IMG/VR virus record: IMGVR_UViG_641201025_000001
Location: 1-64,000 of that record
Strand: one strand, 5' to 3'
DNA from: a virus
Length of the DNA: 64,000 nucleotides
In this document: positions 51,173 to 60,909 of the stretch, piece by piece
Layout of the letters: the number at the start of each line of letters is the position of its first letter
Numbering within the stretch: the first letter of the stretch is position 1
The notes under the pieces: model-generated
Databases searched by the model: none
What the model saw: the letters and a program-made list of their open reading frames with translations, nothing else
Told to the model about the DNA's origin: nothing
Position numbers and translations under genes: made by a program

Positions 51173-53287
51173 TTAGTTGTGCAGTGGGAAACTTCTGTCG
51201 TTCACGATCTGACCGCCTTCAGATTTCAAGGCGTCTACTACTGCCTGTCCAGTTTCGTGCGGAGTTTGTGCCTCGTTAATGACGACCGAAATCGGCATTT
51301 CACCGACAGTAATCTCTCTGCCGCCTTCGCGAGAATATCCCTGAACGGTCGCGCCATATTCACGGATATTTTGAAGCCCAATTTGCTGCTGTTGAATCTG
51401 CTGATTCATTTGCGACCGCTGCATCGGCGTCAAACGCTGATTCTCGGTAAGCTGAATCTGCATTTTCCGAATTTCATTCTGCCCGCCCGCTTCCATCTGG
51501 CGCAGGGACCATGCAACGTCGCCTTTTGTAGCTTCGCCGCGTTGAACCTGCTGCGGGTCGAGCCCCAAGCGGTTCGCGATCTCCTTTTCGACCATCGTCC
51601 GACGCAGACGCGAGCGGGATTCGCCGCCGTACCGGTATCCAGTATCGCCGCCGCCCATCCGAGCGCGCGCGGCATCGATTTTGCCCGTGTACGCGGCGGT
51701 TTCCTTGTTGCCCCACGTCGAAGGAGTCCAGCCGCCATTGTAGGCCCGCTGTGCGTCTTTCAGGTTCCCGAATTTTTGGAGGTTCTGAAGCATGACGCGC
51801 GCCATCGCCTCAATGTTCTTGACCGGATCGCGCAAGTCTGCCTCGGAATAACCGAGAGACTTCCCTGTGGCCGGCATGATCTGGCCGATACCGATTGCAC
51901 CTTTCTTCGAGGTCGCATTCGGGTTCAATTGCGATTCGACGATTGCTTGTGCTTTCAGGTCTGCGCCAGTGACACCGTATTTCGACAGGCCGTATTTCTT
52001 CGCCATCTGATCGAACGTCGGATCGTACTGATTCGTAGCGCCGCCTGACATTCCGCCGCCCGAGATATTCGCGGGCGCGGTCAGGCCCGCAGCCTTGCCG
52101 ATCTCGCCGGCCCATGCCGCCCACGCCTGCTGTTGGTCGACCGCGTTCGCGAACGTGTGCACCGCGCCGGAGAACAGATTGATATCTCGTTTCAGACCGA
52201 GATTCATTTGGCGCGTGTTGTCGTTCTGATTTTTCGCTTGTTTGAGCGTCTCATCCGAAACGCCCTTGTTCATGTCGGCGACTTCTTTGCCGGCCGTCTG
52301 TGCAACCTCGTCGACGACGCTGGCCCACGTCTGCTTTCCGGTCGCGAAGTTGAATACCCCTTCGATCTGCTTGCCGGCGACGCGAAACGCGGCAGGGAGC
52401 CACGTCGTAGCGGCGTTCACACCCTTCTCCATGACCTTCGCGAGCGCCCCGAACGCCTCTGCGCCCTTCGTGACGATCGGCAGGAGAACATCGCCGATGT
52501 CATGCCCCATCTTTCGGAACGCTTCGCCCGTTTCGCCGAGCGCCTTGTCGAGTTCGACCGTCGCCTTTGCGCCCTCGATGCTGCGCTGCGCCTGCGCCTC
52601 GGTCATCTTCCCCAAGTCTTCTTCAGACTTGCCGGCTTCTCGTAGCGCGTCCGTGAAATTCCGGGAAAGGCCGATCAGATCGCCATATGCGCGTGCCTGT
52701 TCCTGCGACATCGCCGCGAACTTCGATTGGATGTCCGAAATGAACTTGTCGATGTCCTTGCCGGCACTCATCCCGAGTTTTCGCAGGACGAGATTCTCTT
52801 TCCCCATCCCCGAAACATCGGTAAATGCAGACTCTTGGAAGTTGGCAAGCTGGCCGAGGTTTTCGCGCGTGTCCTGTGCACCGACGTTGCCGCCGCTCGC
52901 CTTGGAATAGCGTCGCTGAAGTTGTTCAACGTTCAGTTCGCCGAGCCCGACGCGCTGGCCCGTGATCCGCTGCTCGCGAAACTCAGCCGCAGCGGCCGAC
53001 GCGATCTTGATCGATGCGCCGATGGCTGCGATCGCCGCCGCAACGCCGAGAAACTTCGCGGGCATCTTTCCAACGCCCGACATGAAGCCTTCGACCGAAC
53101 TCGACGCGCCGACAATCTCTTTTTTCGCCTTCTGAAATTGTTTCGTCCATTTCGAGACGCCAGATTGAGAATCTTCCCCCTTTTTCTCAACCTGATTCAT
53201 TTTTTCGTTGAGTTTTTCGAGCCTCGTAATCGAGTCTTTCAAGTCAACGGAATATTGAAGGACGAATTTATCGATTTCGTCAGCCAT
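51173..53287 (-). CDS. tape measure protein with C-terminal lytic transglycosylase (SLT) domain
   Basis: 704 aa; helical N-terminal two-thirds; SLT-like motif ESQLNPNATSKKGAIGIGQIM…YNGG; GGAG SD. Confidence 0.7.
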   Translation of the reverse strand: MADEIDKFVLQYSVDLKDSITRLEKLNEKMNQVEKKGEDSQSGVSKWTKQFQKAKKEIVGASSSVEGFMSGVGKMPAKFLGVAAAIAAIGASIKIASAAAAEFREQRITGQRVGLGELNVEQLQRRYSKASGGNVGAQDTRENLGQLANFQESAFTDVSGMGKENLVLRKLGMSAGKDIDKFISDIQSKFAAMSQEQARAYGDLIGLSRNFTDALREAGKSEEDLGKMTEAQAQRSIEGAKATVELDKALGETGEAFRKMGHDIGDVLLPIVTKGAEAFGALAKVMEKGVNAATTWLPAAFRVAGKQIEGVFNFATGKQTWASVVDEVAQTAGKEVADMNKGVSDETLKQAKNQNDNTRQMNLGLKRDINLFSGAVHTFANAVDQQQAWAAWAGEIGKAAGLTAPANISGGGMSGGATNQYDPTFDQMAKKYGLSKYGVTGADLKAQAIVESQLNPNATSKKGAIGIGQIMPATGKSLGYSEADLRDPVKNIEAMARVMLQNLQKFGNLKDAQRAYNGGWTPSTWGNKETAAYTGKIDAARARMGGGDTGYRYGGESRSRLRRTMVEKEIANRLGLDPQQVQRGEATKGDVAWSLRQMEAGGQNEIRKMQIQLTENQRLTPMQRSQMNQQIQQQQIGLQNIREYGATVQGYSREGGREITVGEMPISVVINEAQTPHETGQAVVDALKSEGGQIVNDRSFPLHN

Positions 53288-53304
53288 CGGGCATCACTCC
53301 ATAT

Positions 53305-53718
53305 TTATTCGCCCTGAATTGCGCTCGACGCGACAGCTTCAGAGATTGCGCCCATATAGGCCATTGCGGAAATCGCGACGCGTTCGCCGACTTTGTCCCA
53401 ATACGAGGGGTTGTCAGCGTGCGTTTCGGGGTATATGCCGTTTGCCCTCAGGACACCATTGAAAACAGCTTCGATATTTTCCCACGTTTCGAGTTGATTC
53501 TCAACGAGTGCGCTCGTGGAGAGTTCATACTCCATTCCTTCCTTGAGAGCCTTCGCGTATTTCAGAACCTCGAAAAGAAACGCGCGGCGATACGCCTTAT
53601 CTTCCGACGCCGCGAAGACTTTGAACTCGTTCTGCATTTCCCAACCAACAAGGGCCGGGAAGAGGGAAATGTCGACGATGATCGCGTTATGGTTGCGTCC
53701 TTCGAGTTCGAGAATCAT
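53305..53718 (-). CDS. putative tail assembly chaperone
   Basis: 137 aa, immediately upstream of the tape-measure gene; acidic; lower GC. Confidence 0.35.
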   Translation of the reverse strand: MILELEGRNHNAIIVDISLFPALVGWEMQNEFKVFAASEDKAYRRAFLFEVLKYAKALKEGMEYELSTSALVENQLETWENIEAVFNGVLRANGIYPETHADNPSYWDKVGERVAISAMAYMGAISEAVASSAIQGE

Positions 53719-54290
53719 AGAAATCCGCTCACTTTGGAAATTGCCGTATCAAAAAGATTTCTGGCAGTCGTTAAAACGCTATCCGGCGTTTGAATCGTAA
53801 TTGACTGAGTACTTCTGTCAGAAGGTTGTGAGGGATTATACGACGATCCGCTACCCGGCGCATTACTTTGCTTCATGAGAATTTCGACATGAGTGGCCGA
53901 AAGAATCTCGGAACTCTGTGTCGCGGTAACTTCGACAACCGCCATATTTTGCGCGATGACACCCTTCGTCGAAATCGTCAGAGTCTGCATGACGTTCGCA
54001 AACGCCGCGACGACGTTCTCGTAAATCGAAAGGTTCTGGCATAGAGCCGTAACTCTCATGATGGCCGGCTGAATGATTTTCGTCGCGCGAATGTCGTCCT
54101 GCGTCAGACTCACGAGAACGATGTCTTCGGAGCGCTGATTGATCCCGAGCGGAGTTTCGCTGTTCGCCGAACTTGCATCGATTTCGACGTTCAGGATTTT
54201 AATCCCCGTCCAGACTGGCGTGTTCGTGATTTCGCTGATAGCGCTAAAACTCGCTTTCCCGAATAGAGAAGAAAGGATTGAGCCCGGCAT
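53715..54290 (-). CDS. tail-associated protein, paralog B (MPGSILSSLF family)
   Basis: 191 aa; its N-terminus (MPGSILSSLFGKASFSAISE) and an internal TKGVI motif match the 54290 protein. Confidence 0.45.
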   Translation of the reverse strand: MPGSILSSLFGKASFSAISEITNTPVWTGIKILNVEIDASSANSETPLGINQRSEDIVLVSLTQDDIRATKIIQPAIMRVTALCQNLSIYENVVAAFANVMQTLTISTKGVIAQNMAVVEVTATQSSEILSATHVEILMKQSNAPGSGSSYNPSQPSDRSTQSITIQTPDSVLTTARNLFDTAISKVSGFL

Positions 54291-54817
54291 TAGAACGCCC
54301 CTTGGATTCGGCCGGCGATGTCGGAAATTGTTTCCTTCGCGCTCGTGAGGATCGCCATGCCGCGATCGATGAGCGACGAGTCTGCGCCCTGAGCGAAAAC
54401 GATCGGTTGCCGGCCCTGCACGAGCATCTGTTTGAACTGAAGCTGAACCGGCGACGCCGACAGCATATCCGAGGATTGCCGAATGCTCTGCGACTCGATG
54501 CGCATCGTCGGCAAGATGACCCCCTTCGTCGTCACACGATAAACGCCGTTGCGATCCGCCGCAACGTTCGTGATCTGCGAAAGGGTGTCGAGGTCGGGCG
54601 CGATCGCCTCGACCGTCAAGAGAGTCGGCTGAATGGTCCGCGCGTCGACGATCGTCGAGCCGTCTTCGCGGCGGTGTTCGTGCGTGGTCGAGACGTAACG
54701 AATCGTCACGCGGCGGATTTTCAACCCTTTCGCGACATCACGGGAAAACGTGGTTGTTTCGTCTGTGATCCGAAATGACGCTTGGGAAAACAGACTCGAA
54801 AGGATCGACGACGCCAT
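54290..54817 (-). CDS. tail-associated protein, paralog A (MASSILSSLF family)
   Basis: 175 aa; TAATG coupling on both ends. Confidence 0.45.
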   Translation of the reverse strand: MASSILSSLFSQASFRITDETTTFSRDVAKGLKIRRVTIRYVSTTHEHRREDGSTIVDARTIQPTLLTVEAIAPDLDTLSQITNVAADRNGVYRVTTKGVILPTMRIESQSIRQSSDMLSASPVQLQFKQMLVQGRQPIVFAQGADSSLIDRGMAILTSAKETISDIAGRIQGAF

Positions 54818-55315
54818 TTAAAAGAGACTCAGAATGTTTTGAGCGATGCTCGCGATAAGCTGACGCGGGTTTTGTGCGCCGGCAAACGAGCCGAAACCGA
54901 ACGTGTAGACGTTCCCCTTTTTCCGGGCTTGCTGCGTGATCGAATCGGCGAACGGACCCGACAGGATAGAACCATTCGTCAAAATGACTCGACCGCCATT
55001 CGGGTAGTTGACAGTCATCGTTGTGGAGTCTGGAAGGGGGATGATTGACTGAGAACCTTTTCGAGACTGAAGCAGAATCTTAAGGTTCGTGTCGTCATCC
55101 CCGCCCGGAACTACAGCGATGCTGACCCGGATAATCGCGGCTTTGTCGAAGAAAAACGGGTTCCCGTCATAGAGGAATTCAAAACCGGTCGGCTCGACTT
55201 CCTCAAATTTCAGCGGGTCTTGATCGTCAGCGAATTCGGACAGGTTGAAGCCCATCGGAAAAGTTTGAAGCGCCGCGACCGTAATCGAAGCGCCAAACCC
55301 GCTGATGTCGATCAT
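54818..55315 (-). CDS. tail tube-like protein, paralog 2
   Basis: ATG at 55315 with GAAGG SD. MIDISGFGASI…FNLSEFADDQDPL parallels the tube protein at 56205 (MINISGFGLTG…FDVNAFADDLDPL). Confidence 0.5.
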   Translation of the reverse strand: MIDISGFGASITVAALQTFPMGFNLSEFADDQDPLKFEEVEPTGFEFLYDGNPFFFDKAAIIRVSIAVVPGGDDDTNLKILLQSRKGSQSIIPLPDSTTMTVNYPNGGRVILTNGSILSGPFADSITQQARKKGNVYTFGFGSFAGAQNPRQLIASIAQNILSLF

Positions 55316-55316
55316 G

Positions 55317-55532
55317 TTATACCTTCGCGGTCTTCGTCGCCTTGGTCGCGGCTTCGGTCGGGGCCGGGTCAACCGGCGTCGTGTCAGCGGCCGGCGGTTC
55401 CGGAAGAGCCGGGTCCGTCTCCACGAGTTCCTTGTCGAGCGGCGCGGTTCCGGTCGCTTCTTGCCCTGCGTGCTGACCCGTCTCGACGTTCATCAAAACG
55501 CCGCACGCGAATTGTTGGAAAATTGCGCTCAT
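55317..55532 (-). CDS. small acidic Pro/Thr-rich protein
   Basis: 71 aa; ATGA overlap. Confidence 0.35.
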   Translation of the reverse strand: MSAIFQQFACGVLMNVETGQHAGQEATGTAPLDKELVETDPALPEPPAADTTPVDPAPTEAATKATKTAKV

Positions 55533-55885
55533 GCTTCATCCTTGATGGTTTTGAGGCCGTAAATCGTCATGATCTGAGCCTCGTATTTAAACGCCTCACC
55601 ATCAATTTCAATGGTGAGACTCTCAACGCTCAGAACGTCAGGGACGGTCTGAAGGTTGTCCAGAATTGATTTCCGCGCCGCGTCATAATCCTTTTGCGGC
55701 GTGAAAATAGTCCCGAAGTAGTCGACCCCGTTGCTCTGGTCGTAAATATCCTCGGTCTTCCGCATCAAACATTTCTGTCGACAACTCTGAACAGTAGCTG
55801 CGGCATCCGTGATGATCGAAAGATTCTGACCATCCGGAAGGAAAATGTCGTTGTTCTCGTCCGTCTGAATCGTTGCGGTACTCAT
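55529..55885 (-). CDS. hypothetical tail-module protein
   Basis: 118 aa; ATGA coupling. Confidence 0.4.
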   Translation of the reverse strand: MSTATIQTDENNDIFLPDGQNLSIITDAAATVQSCRQKCLMRKTEDIYDQSNGVDYFGTIFTPQKDYDAARKSILDNLQTVPDVLSVESLTIEIDGEAFKYEAQIMTIYGLKTIKDEA

Positions 55886-56205
55886 GCCGATGCCTCAGAT
55901 AGAGATTGATAAGCCTTCCATTCGGAATTTGTCAAATAGAACAGGTTTGACCTTCCGTCGAAAAGTTCCCAATCTGCATCATTGTCGAAAACGAAGTTCC
56001 CGAAGTCGGGCTCGTACATGTACTCATACGGCATCAACGGAATCCCGCTGAAACACCGAATTCCACGAGCAATCGGAGAACCGCCGCGCGATACGTCCGC
56101 GCACATGTGATCGATTGCTTGAAAAATCCGGATGGTCCAATACGCACTATCGACGTTAAACGAGATAGCTTGATTCGGAACCTGAATCAGCGGGATTTTG
56201 AACAT
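55882..56205 (-). CDS. hypothetical tail-module protein
   Basis: 107 aa; TAATG coupling. Confidence 0.4.
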   Translation of the reverse strand: MFKIPLIQVPNQAISFNVDSAYWTIRIFQAIDHMCADVSRGGSPIARGIRCFSGIPLMPYEYMYEPDFGNFVFDNDADWELFDGRSNLFYLTNSEWKAYQSLSEASA

Positions 56206-56666
56206 TAAGCCGCTTCCGTCGAAGTCTTCTTCGCGACGTTCTCGAAACGGAACGTGTACGGCTTCGAGGTCAGTCGGCCCGACTGCGAAACCTGCTGAAT
56301 CGGCCGGCCGCGCACGATGACGCCTTGCGAGAGCGTCACGATGTCACCGTTCGGATAGTTCACGACGATGTTAATCGTATCGCGCGCGCCGCGTTTGCCT
56401 TTCGCAACACGGTTCGCTTCGAGCGTCGCGCCGAAATTCCGATCGTCCTCGGAATTCGGAATCACGCCGAGCGTAATTTCGATGCCTGTCGGCTTCGACC
56501 ACGTAACCATGTCACCGTTAAGGCCGAAACCCGTGTCAGCGACTTCGAGATCGGGCGAATCGAGCGGGTCGAGGTCGTCGGCGAACGCGTTCACGTCGAA
56601 GCCGTTCGGGAAGGTATTGGACGCTGTGACGCGGCCCGTCAACCCGAACCCGGAAATGTTGATCAT
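56205..56666 (-). CDS. tail tube protein
   Basis: 153 aa, immediately downstream of the sheath gene; AAAGGGG SD. Confidence 0.55.
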   Translation of the reverse strand: MINISGFGLTGRVTASNTFPNGFDVNAFADDLDPLDSPDLEVADTGFGLNGDMVTWSKPTGIEITLGVIPNSEDDRNFGATLEANRVAKGKRGARDTINIVVNYPNGDIVTLSQGVIVRGRPIQQVSQSGRLTSKPYTFRFENVAKKTSTEAA

Positions 56667-56743
56667 TGCATACCCCTTTCAATTTCGGATGATTTTAACA
56701 GCGGGCGGAATTCAGATGTTTCTCAGAATTCCGCCCGTGGCCG

Positions 56744-58267
56744 TTAGATCAGAGTGTCAGTGCCTTCCACGAATCGGATTGCGTCGTCCTTCGAATAGAT
56801 GAGTTGATAACTCGCTTTCCATTCGGTCAATTGCGTGTTCGGGTTCGTGTAGCTGCTGAACGTGATGTTCAGCCAATACCCGATGTTCGCAACCTGACGC
56901 CATGCGTTCGCATCGCCGGAAATCTGCGTGATGTATTGCTGCTGAATCACATTCAGATTCTTGCCGGCGCTGATCGTGCCGTTGTTTTTCGCGGTGTTGA
57001 CGACGCTCTGAATCACGCTCAGAAGCATGGATTCGCCCGTCTCGTTCGCCGGTACGCGCGGCACGTTCAGGAACAGCGACAGAATCTGCGCGCTGATCGC
57101 CGACTTCAGCCAGATTTCGTTCGCGTAAATGTTCATGTCGACGGCATCGTTCGGACCGCCGCACAGGATGCCGCGCTGATAGAACGCGAGCGACTGGCCG
57201 GCACTCTGCGTCTGACCGATGTAGTTCCCGCGATTGGCGTCGACGAGGTTCGCCGTCGTGTCGTCCGAAACCGTGATGTTGCGCGACGGGAACTGGTAGT
57301 ACATGTAGTTCTGCGTCGCGTTCACGCGCGTGTAATCGGTCGCCGCGAGGATTTCGCAGGGCGATTGCTCGATGTAGTCGACCGGAAGCGAATCGCTCGT
57401 GATGTTCAGCGCGCAGCCCGAAAAACCCTTCACGGCTGCATACAGCGTGCCGATGTTCGCGATCGTCGTCGGAACGCTGTACATGTACATGTTGTTCTGC
57501 GACGCGTTCCAGCTTGCAACGGCCGTGATCTGATCGTTCGTGAGCGCCGGGGTCGACGTGTAGATGAACGAACCGAAATTCGTGCTGATCGCGGCGGATT
57601 TCGAGATCGACGTGTCCGGCGTTTCGGCCGCTTGACCCTTCACGAAAACCGTGCCGGTGTTCGTCCAGCCGAGCAACGACGAAATGTCGGTTGCCGGGTC
57701 CGTGCGAACGGCCGTGATCGTCGGAGCGAGTGCGCCGGTCGTCGTACCGTTCAAGACGAACTGATTCGTCGTCGTGTTGAACGTGACCGTCGCCGTCGCA
57801 AGTTCAGCGTTCGCCGATGCGCGAATTTTCGTTTGCAGCGTCGCCGCGACATCGGTCAGCGTGAGCGCGGCCGTGAGGTCGATGCCCGCGATCGGGACGA
57901 CGGTTCCGCCGATGGAAAGGCTGAGGGTCGGTGTTGCGACTGCCTTCAGCGCAGGCAGATTCTTCACGAGCGAATCGCCGACGATCATCGACGCGATCGC
58001 CGCGTTCACCCAACGGGCGAAACTGATGTACGACGGCGAATTGATCGACTTCGAAATGAAGCTCATGTACGCTTTTGCGCGCTTGTATTCTTCGGATGCC
58101 ATGCCGAAGTACGCGCCGACTGCATCTGCCGAACTGGACTCGAAAACGACACCCGGCGGAAGAACAGCATTCGTCGTCATCACTCGCATGATGAGGCGAC
58201 GCTGTGCAACCGGAGCGCCCGCGCCGACACCCGACACGATGCGGACATAGCGGCTTTGTGAAATCAT
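56744..58267 (-). CDS. contractile tail sheath protein
   Basis: 507 aa; size, composition and position upstream of the tube gene; GGAGAATAGC SD-like motif. Confidence 0.65.
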   Translation of the reverse strand: MISQSRYVRIVSGVGAGAPVAQRRLIMRVMTTNAVLPPGVVFESSSADAVGAYFGMASEEYKRAKAYMSFISKSINSPSYISFARWVNAAIASMIVGDSLVKNLPALKAVATPTLSLSIGGTVVPIAGIDLTAALTLTDVAATLQTKIRASANAELATATVTFNTTTNQFVLNGTTTGALAPTITAVRTDPATDISSLLGWTNTGTVFVKGQAAETPDTSISKSAAISTNFGSFIYTSTPALTNDQITAVASWNASQNNMYMYSVPTTIANIGTLYAAVKGFSGCALNITSDSLPVDYIEQSPCEILAATDYTRVNATQNYMYYQFPSRNITVSDDTTANLVDANRGNYIGQTQSAGQSLAFYQRGILCGGPNDAVDMNIYANEIWLKSAISAQILSLFLNVPRVPANETGESMLLSVIQSVVNTAKNNGTISAGKNLNVIQQQYITQISGDANAWRQVANIGYWLNITFSSYTNPNTQLTEWKASYQLIYSKDDAIRFVEGTDTLI

Positions 58268-58281
58268 TTGCTATTCTCCAT

Positions 58282-58884
58282 TTAAGAAACTTTGCTGCTA
58301 ACTGTCTGCCACATATGCGCAGTGTCGATCAGCGGTTTATCGAAACCCTTAGCGCGAATCGTCGCAGGAGAATTCGCCGCCCAAGGTCCAGATTTAATGC
58401 TTCGCACAATGCACCCTTCTAACGCCAAGCCAATCTGAGCTAAAGCCTGTTCCGGGTTAATCGTACCGTCCAGCAATTGCCGCGCAATTTGTGCTTGAAT
58501 CTTTACCTTGTCCTTGTTGAACGTGGCCCAAGCTAATCGCATAAAAGGGCGAGCCGGGATTACGATTTGATGCGCTTTCGTAACCTCGTGTTCGCCCTGA
58601 AAACTCTTGTGAACAAAGCGAGTGCCGACATACCGTCCGTCCACAATCGCGTCTTTTATGTACTTCGTTCCGCCGGGGTGATTAATCACGCCGCCAAATT
58701 CGAGTTGTCGCGCAATTTTCGCGACGAGCGGCCCGATAGTTTCCCCTTCTTTCGCCGGATATCGATCAGTCTCGAACCAGCCGGCTTGCACCGTCTTGCC
58801 TTTCAGAGCGTCGAATTGCTTAAGCATCTGAAAGTGCTTTAACGGCGCGGCGACTGAGTTGCTTTTCGAGAATCCTTTTTTCAT
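58282..58884 (-). CDS. hypothetical virion/tail-completion protein
   Basis: ATG at 58884, 1 nt after the upstream stop; an alternative ATG at 58911 would overlap by 26 nt. Lower GC. Confidence 0.4.
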   Translation of the reverse strand: MKKGFSKSNSVAAPLKHFQMLKQFDALKGKTVQAGWFETDRYPAKEGETIGPLVAKIARQLEFGGVINHPGGTKYIKDAIVDGRYVGTRFVHKSFQGEHEVTKAHQIVIPARPFMRLAWATFNKDKVKIQAQIARQLLDGTINPEQALAQIGLALEGCIVRSIKSGPWAANSPATIRAKGFDKPLIDTAHMWQTVSSKVS

Positions 58885-58885
58885 T

Positions 58886-59446
58886 TCAAACCGGGAATGT
58901 ACCCGATCCATAAGGCGGCACTTCGAGAGGATCGCATCGGTCTACCGCCGCGACACTGAATGTTACCTTACCTGAATGTGTAACCTCAAGGTCGAAATTC
59001 GGGTGATTCGAAAACTGATGATTATCGTCTTCAAACCATTGCGCGCGAACTTCAGAAACCCGGTAGATATTCACCTTCTTTTTAACCAATTCGCGAGCGA
59101 TATTCCGGCTTGCTACGTAACGCTTCACGTATTGGAGAACATCATTTGCGGTCGGCTGATCGATGTTTTTCGGATCTTGCGGAATCAACGCCGAAATCTG
59201 AATGGTCGTAATAACCAATTGCGTTTCAATCTCGTCGAACTGATTCGATGCTGCGTTGTATTGGTTCTCCGTCGCCGGGCTCCCATATTCAATGTTGAAT
59301 AGGAGTTCGAAAAATACCGTCCCGATAGACGGCACGCCTTGCTGTGTCGGTTGATCCTTCTGCACGACGAGAAACGGCCATCCCTGTGAGGCGATGGCGG
59401 CTTCGATGTACGGGACAACCGTGTCGATCAGTTCAAGATCAGTCAC
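58886..59446 (-). CDS. hypothetical head-tail joining protein
   Basis: No in-frame Met; GTG at 59446 overlaps the upstream stop (GTGA); 186 aa. Confidence 0.4.
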   Translation of the reverse strand: MTDLELIDTVVPYIEAAIASQGWPFLVVQKDQPTQQGVPSIGTVFFELLFNIEYGSPATENQYNAASNQFDEIETQLVITTIQISALIPQDPKNIDQPTANDVLQYVKRYVASRNIARELVKKKVNIYRVSEVRAQWFEDDNHQFSNHPNFDLEVTHSGKVTFSVAAVDRCDPLEVPPYGSGTFPV

Positions 59447-59838
59447 AACGGGTTCCCCTTTTGATCCGATCGAATCCCGAGGTCGACAGCGAGCGACATC
59501 GCCCAACCATCCTGTAAATACCACGTGTTCTGAGATTCGATTTTGTGTTGCCGGCCGTGCCAGATGATCATGTCTCCGCCGCAATCGCGATCGAGGTCGA
59601 CCATTTCGATAGGCGCGAACAAACGCACATAATTGCGCTGGAATTCGAGGCCGAACTGCACATACTTGTTACGCGGCACGCGTTGAACGGACATCGGAAC
59701 GTCCACGGCTGCGGCATAGGTTGTAATCCACTGCCGCGCAGGGTTCAGCACGCGCTGTGTGAAGCGCAAATACGGAACAGGCGTGAGCGCGATGACGCTC
59801 GCCGCCTGCATGAAGAGGTTCGAGCCCGGAACAATCAC
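59443..59838 (-). CDS. hypothetical head-tail joining protein
   Basis: GTG at 59838 with GGAGGGG SD; GTGA overlap with the upstream stop; 131 aa. Confidence 0.4.
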   Translation of the reverse strand: MIVPGSNLFMQAASVIALTPVPYLRFTQRVLNPARQWITTYAAAVDVPMSVQRVPRNKYVQFGLEFQRNYVRLFAPIEMVDLDRDCGGDMIIWHGRQHKIESQNTWYLQDGWAMSLAVDLGIRSDQKGNPL

Positions 59839-60296
59839 AGGAACACCCCTCCGACTTTGCGGAACCCGGTTCTTTCGGGTAGCCCGCCGATCGCGAACCC
59901 GCCGACTGAAAGCATTTTCAGAAGCGCCCACAGCGCTTGACCGTATGGCGTCTGAGCAAGCCAGAATTCCCAACCATCTTTCGCGGGCGGGGCCATTTTG
60001 GACACCGAAACTTCACCGATCGTCGCAGACAGGGTGTAGCCGCCTTGATCGTTCGTCGCCCCGAGTGCGGTTTGGGAACGCTGCATGCTCAGGCTCATCA
60101 AGTGAGCCGTGAGCATGTTCAAAGCCCCGACGAGTTGCTTTCCGGACAACGCCGCGCACGGGAACATGCTCCCCGTGATGAAGAGCGTCGCGGTGTCATA
60201 GTAAATCTCGATAACTTCGGGCGGATACTTCTCTTGGTCCGCGAACTCCGGATACATGATCCGAAAAAGCCCGTCGTTATATACCGGATCAGCCAT
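59835..60296 (-). CDS. hypothetical head-completion protein
   Basis: 153 aa; CGGAGTTCTGACG ATG. Confidence 0.45.
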   Translation of the reverse strand: MADPVYNDGLFRIMYPEFADQEKYPPEVIEIYYDTATLFITGSMFPCAALSGKQLVGALNMLTAHLMSLSMQRSQTALGATNDQGGYTLSATIGEVSVSKMAPPAKDGWEFWLAQTPYGQALWALLKMLSVGGFAIGGLPERTGFRKVGGVFL

Positions 60297-60311
60297 CGTC
60301 AGAACTCCGAA

Positions 60312-60770
60312 TTACAGCGTGAATTGCGAACCTTCTTGCGCGAGGGATTCCTTCACCTTCGCCTTCAGCTTCGAGCGCTCCGGCGTCAGCGGGAGAAGGT
60401 TCTCCGTCTGCGTCATGTTGCGCGCTTCCTTGGCAACCTTGCCATGATCGTGTTGGTAGCTCGAATCGACGAGTCGAACCAGACCGGCCTTTTCATGCTT
60501 GATGAAGATCGGATGCGTCAGAAGCCGCTCGTAGTTTTCATCGGTCACGGGGGTAACGAAGCCCTGAGCCGTCCAGATCGGATGACCGTCGAAGTCTTCG
60601 GTTCGTTCGCCGAAACCGGAACGCGTCGAGCGCAGACCAGCGCCGCCGCGAATGGTGATTTTGTGACGGAGAATCGGAACGGGTCCGCCGTTCTTCATGT
60701 CCTTGGAACCAGCCCAATCGACGAAGGGATACGAGACGCTCGTCGTCATGGTGGAGAGAATGAATTTCAT
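60312..60770 (-). CDS. hypothetical structural protein
   Basis: 152 aa; AAGGA SD; first gene after the post-capsid hairpin. Confidence 0.45.
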   Translation of the reverse strand: MKFILSTMTTSVSYPFVDWAGSKDMKNGGPVPILRHKITIRGGAGLRSTRSGFGERTEDFDGHPIWTAQGFVTPVTDENYERLLTHPIFIKHEKAGLVRLVDSSYQHDHGKVAKEARNMTQTENLLPLTPERSKLKAKVKESLAQEGSQFTL

Positions 60771-60832
60771 GATGCTCAGTCCTTGTAGTGTACGTCTGCC
60801 GTTAGCCCCTGAAGCCCCGCAGATCGGTTTAA

Positions 60833-60862
60833 AGAGGCAGGGAGCGATTACCCCCTGCCTCT
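60833..60862 (-). terminator. stem-loop downstream of the major capsid gene (partial terminator / attenuator)
   Basis: AGAGGCAGGG-agcgatta-CCCCTGCCTCT; on the minus strand it is followed by TTTAAACC, a short U-tract. Confidence 0.4.
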
Positions 60863-60909
60863 ACTCGTCGAGCCTGACAGCGGCCCGATTTGCTACGCCG
60901 CCGACCGTT

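Noticed and set aside
56804-58261. 485-aa plus-strand ORF opposite the sheath gene
   Set aside because: Arg-rich antisense shadow.
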